NCBI RefSeq assembly: GCF_008831285.2 | Contig: NC_045138.2 | Span: 28,892,001-28,956,000 of the forward strand | Direction: 5' to 3' | Length of the DNA stretch: 64,000 nt | DNA from: Nymphaea colorata | Taxonomy: Eukaryota | Notes under the pieces: generated by a model | The model's database searches: none | What the model was told of the DNA's origin: nothing | The model's input: the letters and a program-made list of their open reading frames with translations, nothing else | In this document: positions 12,449-24,872 of the stretch, piece after piece | How positions within the stretch are numbered: the first letter of the stretch is position 1 | Layout: each line of letters starts with the position of its first letter | Translations under genes and position numbers: made by a program

Positions 12449-12870
12449 AGCCTGGGCGTCCGGCTGGGCCGCCAGCGGGTACCCGGTACCCAGCCCGGCC
12501 CGATCGAGCCCGAACCCGGGCCTCATGGTACGGCTCGGTGGCAGTCCGGCCCAACCCGTCCCCCATCCTCCCCTTCTTCCCCCTTGCCCCTCTCTCCCCT
12601 CCGCCTCTCCTTCTTCCCCCTTCCCCACCCCTCCTCCTTCCTCCGCCTCTCCTTCTTCCCCCTCCCCCTCCACCTCCACTTCCTCTGCCTCTCCTTCTTC
12701 CCCCTTCCCCACCTCCGCCTCTCCTTCTTCCCCCTTCCCCACCTCCGCCTCCACCTCCACCTCCACCTCCTCGGCCTCTCCTTCTCCACCCTTTCCCCCT
12801 CCGCCTTTGGCCCTCTCCTTCTTTCCCCTTCCCCCCATCGGGCCGGGGCCGGTTGAGGTCAACACCTATG
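12449..12870. mobile_element. MITE-like shell (same family as 19824-20120) enclosing a C/T-rich tandem array
   Basis: 12449-12500 aligns with the reverse complement of about 20070-20120 (shared CCGCCAGCGGGTAC). Interior 12562-12837 is almost pure pyrimidine with 30-bp units. Confidence 0.55.
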
Positions 12871-13112
12871 GTTGCGTACAAAAGCTATTCAGAATATTTT
12901 CAATTGATTTAAAAAATGAAAAAAATAAAAAAAAAATCCATAGACATGTATCGGCCTTGTATTCTAGGAGAAGTAAAAACGTTTTCTTGAAATTAACCTT
13001 TCTCACGCATAGACACTCTGATCTCCTCAATTATCTCCACAGTATTTGAGAGTAATCATCTATCCATGAGATGGATAATTGAAAGAAACTGCCGATGATC
13101 CCTGATCCAACC

Positions 13113-13312
13113 CAGTGAGCAAGAGCCAAAGTTCTCTCAATTTTCCTGCCCTCATCATTCATGGTACCATGGCCCTTGTCCCACCAATCAAAATTTTTTT
13201 TTAAATGCAAATTTTTAACAATTGTTTATCTTATATAAAAATTTTGAAAAATGGTATTTCATTCTCGTAAAACATATAAAACTATAATTTGGTCATTCTT
13301 GGCTCCACCCCT
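13113..13312. mobile_element. Degenerate MITE (GGCGGAGCC-type termini)
   Basis: CAGTGAGCAAGAGCCA ... TGGCTCCACCCCT imperfect inverted termini around an AT-rich core. Confidence 0.5.
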
Positions 13313-14363
13313 AATTACTCCGGCATTTTTTTTTTAAAGATCAGATTAGCTGGAAGCGGCACAAAAATTAATGCACGCCAAACCTGAAGTTAAGTGAATG
13401 AAAGAAAATAATTTAACTAGAAAATCAATTGGGCGGTATAGTAATCGTTATGAATCATGGCGCCATCTTGCTTTTTATAACAATGCTTATTCATAAGACA
13501 AACATTCTGTGTTTTAAATACATGTTTGCAGGGTTTAATATATAATACCATATTTTATTTCAAAAGAAATAATATAGCGTATTGGATAGGATAGCAAGGT
13601 GATTCGACTCGTCTAAGAACTCAGGTTCAAGTTTTAGAGTAGTGACTGTCACGTTCTAGTATACTCTACTCTACGAAGACCCGAGAAAGCAGGCACAAGA
13701 GGTTGCTACAAGAGGTTGCTTATGAAATTTTCGTAATATAAATTTTGGATAAGCTGGAGAGTTGCTTAGAAAATTTACCTTTTTATAAAGGATTTACAAA
13801 GTTCTATCTCATATGGGAACACTAGCTCTCGGCATAGAAGAGGCAGATCTGATAAATGCTCTCGCCGGGTATGAACACATGCTCGGGTCGAGTACCTGGG
13901 GGTAAGCGTATGTGTTATAATTTGACGGGTCCCACCAGCAACTAAGCAAAAGGAAGTCATCCTAGGGTGTGGGTCCCCCGCGTTTTTGGGTGGGTGAGTA
14001 GTGCTCTTCTCTTGAGTACTAAGCACCGGATGCACCCTCCAAAACCATTATAATAATTCAAAGGGGAATCAATTTCTTTCAATTTAAACGAAAAGGCTTG
14101 AACTGGTTTATAATCACATCAATGGCAAATCGATTTAATGTGCTATATTTTATTATTACTTATTATTTTTTGAATATTTAAAGTATTTTATTTTAACATT
14201 TTTTTTGGGGGTATGGTATGGCCTCCTTGAGGAATAGTTTGAATGATCATTTTCTTTCAATTTATTATGTAGTCTGCCAGGTGTCGCAAAGTTTGCTACT
14301 CTGTTCCATAATTAAATCTGGTCACACTCTGTCAACAAGGTTAAAATAGGAAAATCCAATGGC

Positions 14364-14580
14364 GGCTCTGATACCACAACTGTTGCGCCTTTCTGGTGTA
14401 GACTCTCCTGCAACCGCCAAGCTGGTGCTGCCCTTGGACCTCCGTTGAATGCCGAGAAGAATTAGGAGGTTAACTCCCTTGCAGCTTTGACTCTGGCCAA
14501 CAGGACCCCGACTTTCTAGCTAGATACCTAGTAGAGTATAAATCAATTCTTGAAATGCCAACCTAGTGAAAACATACATA
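14364..14580 (-). mobile_element. LTR-retrotransposon remnant: tRNA-iMet primer binding site with a possible adjacent LTR
   Basis: Minus strand reads ...GCAACA-GTTG-TGGTATCAGAGCC (14364-14376), the canonical plant PBS. The LTR extent is a guess. Confidence 0.4.
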
Positions 14581-15600
14581 GCCTTTCTTTGATGGCAGTG
14601 ACAAAGGCATGTGTAAGCTGATGTGAGTGCCTTATATTGGCATCTATATAATTTTTATTTGTTTATATACATGTGTCTTTTAAATTAAGTTTAAAATTTG
14701 GCAACTTTAGGTATCTTGGATATAGAAACCACAAAACAAGGGGTTTTTAATGACATTTGAAAAATGTCACTAAGACGGACTTGAAGCGTCAATAAATGTT
14801 TTACTGACGGTTTTTGAAATCCCATCAGTGTATGTGGAAATGTGGTTGAAAGTTTCACTGCCGTTCATGAAAGACTGTCGGTACATGTTGGACATATACT
14901 GACGCATTTGGTTGTTATTTTCAATGGTTTACCAATGCTGCTCACCGTCAGTATATATCTACTATATAGCTAAAAGATGACAAATGCCCTTAAACAAAAA
15001 ATATGGAAAAAGAAAAACAAGCTGCGCATAAAAAAAAGTTATTTTGTTCAACAAGTTGAAAATAGCTTAAAAAAAAAAGTTACCAAACAAAAAATACTAA
15101 AGAAGGCCTATGTTTCCTTGTGTCGTGTTTGTATAGGCTAAAACTTGCGGTTTATTGGCGAGAGTTTGTCGTGCTGCACGGTTCGAAGGAGTCGACCCCT
15201 GACAGCCTATGACATGTATGTTAAAGTTAAAACGATCAACCTCACATTGTTGTTCGAACCCTTGTTGTTTGTTTATTCTCCCGACTACTTGGGGAAAAAA
15301 AGAAAAGGCTAAGTCAATGAGTGATCTAGAATGGTCGTTTTATTTTGCCGTGCCCGCGCCGGTACAAAGATTTGTAAGGGATGTCAAATAATGGGATGTA
15401 ATGACGAACAACCAACTCATGGACTTTTTGGGTCCATCTTACATCTGGGCAAGCTTTTTTTTTTTTTCGTCCATATACGCAGTTGGATACACCTTGTTGC
15501 TGCATCATATTCAGGAATCGACCGATTTATAGTTTTTTTTTTACTTACTCACTTTGTTTTTTAATGAAAAATTGAACGGTAACTCTGGTTTTTTAAAGTT

Positions 15601-15758
15601 AATCAATCATCTAATTAGGACTGTCCAATCCATAGATGGTTGAAAGAAAAACAAAAAAAAGAAAAGTAATGTACATTTTCGTCATTTAATATTACTTAAC
15701 AATTTTTTTCTTTCAACCATGCTTTTGATAGACAAACATGGTTAGATGACTAAGTGAT
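15601..15758. mobile_element. Foldback/MITE hairpin related to 21417-21544
   Basis: ATGGTTGAAAGAAAAA (15636) pairs with TTTTTCTTTCAACCAT (ends 15720); weaker outer arms TCATCTAA/TTAGATGA. Confidence 0.6.
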
Positions 15759-16428
15759 TCTTGATAACAAAAAGAATTAAAAGTTCAAGTTCTTTTACTT
15801 CTCAATTTGTGATTGTTTTAGCAATAAAATTTTAAGTATTAACAATCCAACAAATATCTCATATCTGACAATATTGGGTTTGAAAAAACCTAATTTTGAC
15901 AAAATCTGGATTTTCAAAAAGCAGTGAATAGCGTATCCCTCCTCCAAGCTATTTACAAAGTTTGTGTTTTAGGTTTTGTCACTCAAATCAGAAAACCAAT
16001 TTTTAAAAACTTATAAAAAAAAACTTGGTTTTCACAAAATTGAGTTTTTTTGAAGGTGTCATCCAAATGCCTCTTACGATTTTCCGTCGAATCGAAAATC
16101 TAATTACCAGGCTATCCTATTCAAGTTAGTTCTACTAGGATGGCACTCAGATATCCACTGAAAATTGTTCCTAGTGCTTTCGATGCCATTGCTAGACACT
16201 TGTGTTTCAGCTAAGCTGGTTATATGCATATTTCTTTGCATGCACAAAAGTGTGTAATGATCGGAATACTCTTGATAAAGTAAAAAAAAAAAGGTTTTAA
16301 AAATGAAAAAAAAGATTATAAAAACTAAAAAAATTCCTTTTGATAAAAATTTCTAAATGCCTCAACCGTCTCTCTTTTTCTCCTTTTTTAAGGGTGTATA
16401 TTTGTGTATTTCAATGCCCGCGGTTAAC

Positions 16429-16960
16429 TTTTTTTTTTTGGGTACAATGAAGTGGTTTAGAACCACATTAATTTACTATAGCACGAGGTGGAGCTACACC
16501 AACTAGATCCTCAACAATTAACCGATGCAAATGACCTTGCAGATTTGTAAAAACGGTCACTTTAAAGGATCCTTGAAAGACCCATGAAGCAAGAAAATCA
16601 GTACAAGTATTAGTTTCTCTCTACGTATGACATAAGACACACTCCCAATCTCATCTCAGTAATTTTTGGAACTGTTTTACAATCCATAATAAAGGGTCAC
16701 GAGGCCGCACGCACTACTTTTAGAACCTTATTCACATCTAACAAGGAATATGATTCAACAATAATTTTTTACCAAAACCACGTTCCCAAACTAATTTCAA
16801 ATTATGAATAATAGTAATAAGTTTAGCTTTAGTTATATAACCCGCACGACAAATGAAGCCAAATAACCATTCTCCATTATCATTGCGAAATAAACCATCA
16901 ACCGCTAAGTCTCCTGGATTTGTTGTAGCAGCCAGATCAACATGGGAGGTGACATCCATG
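16429..16960 (-). mobile_element. 5'-truncated LINE (L1-like) remnant: degenerate RNase H domain, short 3' UTR and poly(A)
   Basis: Minus translation NPGDLAVDGLFRNDNGEWLFGF...KLITIIHNLKLVWERG, then LLR*DWECVLCHT*RETNTCTDFLA...EDLVGVAPPRAIVN* (stop 16468-16470), then A11 at 16429-16439. Matches plant non-LTR RNase H motifs (GNPG..GG..RD..G.W..GF; H.YRE.N..AD.LA). Confidence 0.88.
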
Positions 16961-17406
16961 CAATAAAGGTACGACCTCTTTCAAGTTCTAAGATTTGAAA
17001 GGACTATAACATAAAAGCAAAGAGATTGATTTGTGGACTAGAAAATACAAAATGGCAGCAATGAGGCCATGGACTATTCTTTACCACAAGGTGTCCTTTT
17101 AGATCTTCTCATACATAGAGAAGGGAGAGAAGTTCTAGTACGATACTTTGATTTGTGAGTGACTACTTGATAATGACCCGATGTTGTTTGATTACAAAAT
17201 ATCTGCACATTTTAATTGCGAAGATGAATATTTAGTCCTTTCATTGCTTATTTTAAAAACTATTTTGGTAATTTTTAAGTAGTCATTTCAGTCCTAATAA
17301 TTAGATTAAGGCCAAAAGCTCTTCCCCATCCTTTTGGTGCCCGTGTTTAACGTTTTAAGTGAATTTGTTCAAGTAGGAAGGCCTCAACTGTTGCAGCATT
17401 TTACAA

Positions 17407-17849
17407 TAGAGATGCCAATATATCCGATTTAAATCAGATATTCGACCGATTCAATCTGAAAAAATCAGATATGAAAAAAAAAAAAATATATGATTAAGAA
17501 ATCAGATCGGATTCAGATTTAATAAATGACATCCAATCGGATCCGGATATACATAAATATCCGAGTGAATTTGAATACGGATTCAGATAAGATTCATTTT
17601 TAGACAAATATCTTGTATCTAATGCTATTAAATTTTTGTAAGTTGGTAAAATCTGCTTCAAAATTCGGATATAAATATAAAAATTAGATTTAGATCAGAT
17701 TCAGATTGTACAATCGGATTTTGGACTCATATTCAAATATGACTTTCCTTTACTCAAATTTGAATATGAATTCGAATTTGAATATGTGAATGTCTTAAAG
17801 ATATGATTAAGGATATATTTGATCCAAATCTGATCCGTTGATATTCCTA
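17407..17849. mobile_element. Non-autonomous element rich in ATCCGA/TCGGAT repeats
   Basis: Imperfect inverted termini TAGAGATGCCAA ... TTGATATTCCTA with many internal ATCCGA/TCGGAT/TCAGAT motifs. Relatives near 4101, 20293, 30153 and 40810. Confidence 0.7.
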
Positions 17850-19823
17850 ATTGACAATATCTCTCACATTTTGAACTTCAGATTAATTTGAAAAAAAAGT
17901 ATTACAAAGAATTTGCAATGCAAAAGATGGAAGGTCAATTATATGATTTAATGGGTCAAAAAGTTGTTTTTCTTTTTATTTTTAGAAAAACCCATGAAGT
18001 GTCAAACAATAATTTCGATTGGTAAGTAAAAACTAGGAGCGTCCACCTATGATATATATTTATAAAACCATTAAACACACCGTATTGTAATATATAGCTT
18101 GAGTCATGTGATCAATACTTGCAGACTTTGTCACAGGAATGCTTCATTTCATACCCATAACCCGTAGTTCCTAGATTATTTACTAAATTCATTGGATATG
18201 GGACAAAATTATGCATGTAGCATTAATATATAGATAAGCAATTGTGTGGCACTATGTGGGCAATTGCCCATACGCCCCCATGAGCAACTCCTCCACTGCT
18301 AATGACCAACTAGACGTAGTTAGGCACTGTATTAGATAGGCTTGGTGATCTAGACATGCTTGCAAAGCGTGGACTATCAACTACGTAGCACTTTAAATAA
18401 AAAGACCTCACTAGGCTTCACTGTTCATTTGCAATGGGCTCTGCTCATTTTCACAGTGCAACTAAGGTGAAAGGTGAAAAAGACTCGTAAGAGGGGCTCG
18501 AGCAATCATTGAGATGCCCAACCGGTCAGGATAAAGCTCGGCCCGTCATCAGAATGAAGCCCGGGCCCGTCGTCAGTTTGATTCCTCCAGGCATTACTTT
18601 TTTTTGTTTCGAGTTGAAGGGAGCAACTGTAAGTTCACTCAGATCTTGAAATAGCTTTGAACCCCGGAAACAGGGGGCTTTAGGGGTAGGTACTTTGGCC
18701 ACTTCAAGGTATCTTCTTCTTCTACCCTCCACTGGAATTCAAATATTATCTTTCTTAAAGGGCCCTCCTTTTCTTTGCTGTTGATATTTGAGGAAGTTGA
18801 TACAAAGAAAGATCCAAATGAATAACTTTATAGAATTTTAGTATTTTTAACATTTTAAACGTTTTTTAATATTAAGAGCTTAGAATTTTCTCTCTAGAAA
18901 TTAAAAAATTAAAAAGTTTCCTGTTCTCAACCAAGCTTATGGATTTGGGCATAAGGTTGCGCGAAGGACACGATAACTGTACCAAATCGAGCTTGGTTTA
19001 ATGGATCATCCCACCAAAAATTAAATATTGGATGACCCCCGGGTTCAGCGGATCAGCCTAAACAATGGCTTGTAGACAGACGGTCGGTCCGTGGCTCGAA
19101 TCAGCTAGCCCATTTCAATTGATCAATCAGTGCAAGTGCAACTATTTAGATGCATCACCAGTGTTTAGCGGCGCTATATTTCATCTCTATTGATTTTGTT
19201 ATATTGTTGTTCCTTGTAGTTTCATCTGATTAAAGTAAACTGATTGAGTAGGAGACCATCTAGCCACTTGGTAAGATTACAATTGCTTGTTAAGCCTTGA
19301 GGCGAATGTCTTCTACCTGAGAGCCAGAAATATTTGGCTAAAGGATGGTAATTCAAATTTTTTTAAACCTTCCAAATATTGTAATAACTCGATTAAACGA
19401 CACCAAAAGTGGTCAGAGGCACCGATATGTAAATAAATAAAATTCACGAGACAGTATGGCAATTTCCAAAACCTATATATGCATATTCTAAAGCTCGAAT
19501 TTGGCCGTCTGCTTGACGGCCAAGACCCACCTGCACTACGGCCGGTCTGGCAGTACGAGTTCGCCCTCTAATGTCGCCCGAGCCTTCAGCTAACCACTAA
19601 AGTGAAGAAGACAGGACTGTTGAAAAATGGAGCATGATGAGGTAGGTTTGAGAGAAAAGGTTAGATTTTGAGTGAGTAGATTGGTTAGTTGCTTCATACA
19701 TTCTCTTACTAACATCTACAAATATATGAGAATTTTATCACCATGTGTAAATAATTAGATTTGCTCTGTGACAAGCATCAACCCTTTGCTCAAACTGAAT
19801 CAGATATAGACCCAGGGGCCTGG

Positions 19824-19961
19824 GTATGCTTGGGCATCATGCTGGCCTGACACTCTAAACCCGGGCCTGGGCTTGGCCCAACCATTAAAACCTGGGCTCA
19901 ACCCAGTTAAATTAAAAAAATATATTTTTAATATAAAGTAATACATAAATGTAATTAATTG

Positions 19962-20001
<40 letters not shown>

Positions 20002-20120
20002 TAATAATATAAATATTAAAAAAATATCAAACCCACACGAGCTTATTACCGGCCCAGTGTTTTTTTTTGGGGCCGAGTACAGAGTACCCGCTGGCGGGCC
20101 TGACTTGATGCCCAGCCTTA
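19824..20120. mobile_element. MITE with GCTGGGCATC-type inverted termini and (TA)n core
   Basis: TATGCTTGGGCATCA ... TGATGCCCAGCCTTA, GGCCC-rich subterminal arms and a central AT microsatellite. Confidence 0.7.
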
Positions 20121-20292
20121 GGGCTAGGGTACCAGCTTCAGGATTTTTACGCCTTAAGCAACAAAGTTTCCCGGTCTAGATTCGTATACCAACAAAACTT
20201 TAAAAAAATTATATTTGGTAAATTCTACAAACTCAATTATGATTCATTTCTAAACTATTTCCTCTTTCTTACTATAGACAATCACCATTAAA

Positions 20293-20742
20293 CATGTCAA
20301 ATATGGAACGGATTCAAATTGAATATTTGATAGAACCTCCAGAAATTGATTTGGATATGAAAACATTTATCCAAATAGAGCGCCCAATTGGATTTTTTTT
20401 TAAAGTAGTTATTCAGCATAAAAACCCCAAAGCCATACTATTGCATCGTTCAGGTTCAGGCTTGCTTTGGAGCGTGGGTCGATCTACTTGGAACTGGAAA
20501 ATCACATCTAATCTTAATACAGTTGACATTTGGTCGTGTATTTAAAAGTCGAATTCAGATTTAGAAGTGACATTAATTAGAAGTCGGATTAGGATTGTGA
20601 ATTTAAAAATTAGATGCAAATATGGTGTAGATTTTTCTTTTGTCATTCATCATCCATCTAATTGGAAGAATATGTAAACATCCAATAAATCATAAGAGGG
20701 AAACGGTACATCTGGTTCCAATTCAATCTGTTGACATCTTTC
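20293..20742. mobile_element. Degenerate copy of the ATCCGA-rich element family
   Basis: ATGTCAA ... TTGACAT termini and decayed TCGGAT/TCAGAT motifs. Confidence 0.5.
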
Positions 20743-21129
20743 TTTGCCGCAGATCATTGGCGGGAGAGTTGTTTGATGTCTCTATCGGGATGAACAAGTG
20801 CTCTTGGTGCTGTCTGATCCATGGCCGACAGCAGAGAAGAGGATAAGGTAATAAAGCCTAAGCCAAGCAGGTAAAATTCACGGTCAATGTCACTGTAAAC
20901 ATTAGTTGATGAGGTAAAAAATTTCTAGGTTAGGTTTTGCCATCGAGAAAATATCAATATGTTCTTTGGCATTATATGTCCATGATCTAAGAGACTCTCA
21001 CAATTCCATTGAAGCGTGCATCGTTGCCATTATACATTCTCTTTTCCAAAGATGCATTACAGTACCTGTTTGTACCTGAGCAGCTAGGTGCATGAGTTAA
21101 TTAGAGGCTCAACAACTCCACCCACTTGT

Positions 21130-21166
<37 letters not shown>

Positions 21167-21416
21167 AATAAAATGAGAATATATATTAAAATTTGAGAAC
21201 AAAAACTCTCATAAATACAAAAATTGAGGAGAAGAAGTCTCATAGTTACAGTAACAAACTGCAAAATAGAAGCAAAAGAAGAAATATACAATACAACTCA
21301 CAAAAAACGAAATAAGAGGGGTGGGAAGAGAGTGAAAGGACTGAACGGCACCAGCCTAAGAGAGAGAGAGAGAGAGAGGGAGAGGTGCTTATACAAAATT
21401 ACCCATTCACTTATAA

Positions 21417-21544
21417 GGGCTGTTTGATTTGATTGTGACGCATGGTTGACAGAAAATTAAAGAGAGAAAGGTAATGAATATTTAGTTCACACTTTTTTTT
21501 TGTTAAATTTTCTCTCAACCATCCAAGGATGACTCAAACGGCCC
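21417..21544. mobile_element. 128-bp PIF/Harbinger (Tourist)-like MITE
   Basis: TIRs GGGCTGTTTGA / TCAAACGGCCC (1 mismatch); inner arms ATGGTTGACAGAAAATT / AATTTTCTCTCAACCAT. Left flank is TAA; the right flank does not duplicate it. Confidence 0.7.
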
Positions 21545-22244
21545 ACATAAACAAGATGGGTGACTTTGGATAGCCAGAGTCACCATTCAATCCTTTGAGC
21601 AGCGTTGGAGTTAGGCATTTTTAGCTGACGGGTCTTAAGCGGCAGCAGCCAATTCTCTCGTTGGTGGCCGAAGGTGCTGTTAGGAACACATGACTGATCT
21701 ATAATATAAAAGAACTCTAGAGGAACAGTCTAAGTCTAATAGAGGGTGAACAGTTGCCCACACAAGGCCACATGTGACGCTGCGGCTTTCATTATTAACC
21801 TACATTGCTTTACCACTTTCATTAACCTACATTGCTTTGTTGGATGCGCGTAGATAGAGGACGAAATTCAAGGAGAAATTATCTCATTCTTTAACGATTA
21901 CTTCCCGACGCTTGTAAAGTTTTTCTCGCCTTAGCTTGGGATTACGTTGTATTGCACGGAGATTTTGTATATGTTAAAAGAAAAAAAGGTTTTTACTGAC
22001 GCGGAGATCCAGTCCTTTACTACTTTCTGGTGGAACGTCTTTACTCATGTTTTTTTTTTGGTGGAAACGTCAGTAAAGCAGAATGCTTATTGACAACAAC
22101 TTTTTCCACGCCTCGGTGAATACCCCTTTCTTTAATGCTATAAAAAATCATAGATCTGGATTTTTTTGTACTGTTGTATATAAGTATCTTTCCTGTGCAT
22201 AATGAAGTAATAAAGTGATTTTTCCATCTCACGACTTTTTTTTA

Positions 22245-22880
22245 TGGTATCAGACTAAAAAAAAAAAAAAACTTGGATCTAGTTATGCCCACAGGATTCG
22301 AGTCACTGTTCTATAGCCAATTGAAAAATTTTTAACCATATATTTAATTTTTTATAGAAAAAATTTTCTAGTTCCACCCTTGCAGACAACAACAGTCCTC
22401 GTCTTTCTTCCTGCACCACTCGGATAATCCCGGTCCAGAACTACTATCTAAAACATTGATGGGAGACAATTATTCAACGTAGAGAGTACTCAGTGCCAAG
22501 AATAAGTTCAATCACCAAGCTTGCCTCTACTACGAATGCCGACTATAAGGCTTAGTGTCATTGCAACAGCATGGTTCTTCTCTCTTGGATCTTTCATTCC
22601 CTCTCAAAAGCAATCGCCAACAGCGTCATGATGCGATCTGTCATCTTAAAAAGTTGATATCTGATCTGCATCAAGAACAAAATTAATCGGCACTTGCATC
22701 ATATTCTACAATTTAGCATGTACTCGTGGAGCATTCAAAGAGTTTAGTTCCTGTCAGGATAGTGAATAGGTTGATCAAATTTTTAATGGATGTTAATGAA
22801 GTGTGTATTGGGTTTCATAGTCAGATTCTTTGTATGAAACCACAGTCTAACATTAATAAAGTTTTCCTCCATGGTTGTCC
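22245..22880 (+). mobile_element. Ty1/copia gag remnant with upstream PBS-like site
   Basis: TGGTATCAGA at 22245. Translations across frameshifts and stops: FLHHSDNPGPELLSKTLMGDNYST (from 22408), LSAKNK, CNSMV/SWIFHSLSKAIANSV, RLIKFLMDVNE...SQILCMKPQSNINKVF. These are typical copia gag N-terminal motifs. Confidence 0.85.
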
Positions 22881-23386
22881 TTCAAGTCATTCCAAAGCAG
22901 GTACTACACTGGACAGTTCTTTGATTGGAAAATTTTTAGTATGATGCATATAACCAGGTTCGGTCATTTTGCCGCTTGCTTGACCGGCCTTCTCAATAAT
23001 ACCGCTAATTTATGACACATGAGCCTTGTTTGACACAACTCTTTCTTTGAATGGAGGCACTACAATTTCTAGATATAATCCACTTGAAGAAATTATGTTT
23101 GGTATTATTTGATGAGCTTTTATAAGTGAACACGGGCTTAGCATGGCCGTTCATATTCAAATCCCCAAGCTCAAGGCTTGGAGTTTGAGCAACTACTTAA
23201 GATTATTTTCATTGCTCCGTTCATGGTGGCGCCTTCTCCAAGAAAGAGAGAGAGAGAAGATGTAGATATCCAAGATTTTTTGTTCGCTTAAAGGTTCAAA
23301 CATGAATTTCATACTTTAATTCAATGTCTCCCCTGAACTTGCGTCGAGAACATGATCGGTGAGGGGAGATCGTAAGATCCAACACA

Positions 23387-23450
23387 ATCAAGAGTCGGAT
23401 CGTAAGATCCAACACAATCAAGAGTCGGATTGAATTCAATACGGAGGACA
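23387..23450. repeat. Exact 30-bp tandem duplication (second copy and flank)
   Basis: GATCGTAAGATCCAACACAATCAAGAGTCG at 23368 and 23398. Confidence 0.85.
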
Positions 23451-23919
23451 AAACAAGCGGCCTACAAGGATAAAATGGAAAAAATGCAAAAAAAAAACTT
23501 TTTTTCCAATGAGAAATATTAAGTGACCTACATTTTGAGTTACTGGATCACAATAATCATTTTGGACCCTAATCACATCCAGTTAAACATAAACTGGATC
23601 GGATAATTTATTTTGAGTCTGATCCAATGTCTGTTGTCCGTGGTGGGACAAACACGTAGGGTTACCCAATGGGAAGCCGCCACGTTCTGGTGGATCACCA
23701 TTTAACCTTGTGGGGGAGAACTCCCCTGCTCGTTCTGCCATAGTTACCAAAACTACCTAATATTTATTTTTAAGTACACATACGATCCCGCCGTCAATAT
23801 ATATCCATAGAAAATGTAAGAAAAACAAAAAAAAAAAGTTGGTAAAACCTTAATGGTAACAAAATAATGGTAAATCTTTTCCTAGGGTTCATTACGAAAA
23901 AATTCAAGCGGTAACAAGG

Positions 23920-23957
<38 letters not shown>

Positions 23958-24795
23958 AGAGTAGTTTTCAGTTGCTCCCTTTCACTTCTTTTTATTATGT
24001 TTTTACCGATATAAAAATAACAAAAAAAAACTTTCCTAATTGAATACCATTTCGTCTTTTGCTTGAAGATGGACTAAGGTTAAGAGTTACATACTTACAT
24101 TGTGGAAAGTGCAAGCTTAACATGATATTGAGTAAATCCATGTCTAAGATTATATATTTATTAAATTATCAAGATAATTTTGTTGAGGACATACTTTTCT
24201 TTATATTTATATCTAACTTAATCAGCTGATATGGAGAAGGGTTTTCAATATTTTCTTTCTTCAATTTAAAGCAGATGAGGTTTTTGGAAAAAAAAAAGAA
24301 AAGTATGCGGAGCGCCATTTTCTGCCAAGTGCCAAGAGCTCAGCCCCCCGCTTTCGCCAGCGTTAAAAGAGGGTGTTCGGAATTTCTCTGCCACCATATC
24401 GGGAACTTGGGCTGATTTTCCGCCTGTCAGTTCCCGTTTTTCTTTCGAGTTCGCGACGCGAGTCAGCCGTCTGCTCCGGCCTCTCTCGCGTCTCCGACCT
24501 CTGCTTCTGGTGCTGCCCGAATCCGATTGCTCTCATTGTGCTCTTCTACTGCTTCTCTTTCATTGCCTCGTCCTCTTCTCCTTGTATACGTCATATTGTG
24601 AAGTGCATCGAGCTCTGGATAATATTTTCTTGCTGGTGGGTTCTCATTTCTCTTCTTCTGGTATCTTTTGAGCCATAGAAAAGCGATTTTGGAGCAAAGA
24701 ATTGATGCTTCTTGATTCTTTCTGATCTCTCTCTCTCACTCGTCCAAATGTATCTGCGAATTACTTAGTTCTATTTGGCTGCATGAATAGTTTCA

Positions 24796-24872
<77 letters not shown>

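Noticed and set aside
12392..13049. Six overlapping Pro/Ser-, Glu/Gly- or Arg-rich ORFs (extensin-like appearance)
   Set aside because: Stop-free only because of the C/T repeat. Mostly non-ATG starts, no signal peptide, and they lie within a MITE-like shell.
14769..14965. CACTA start plus ACTGACG subterminal-like motifs (also about 21990-22080)
   Set aside because: Suggests CACTA relics, but no matching TAGTG end or 3-bp TSD was found.
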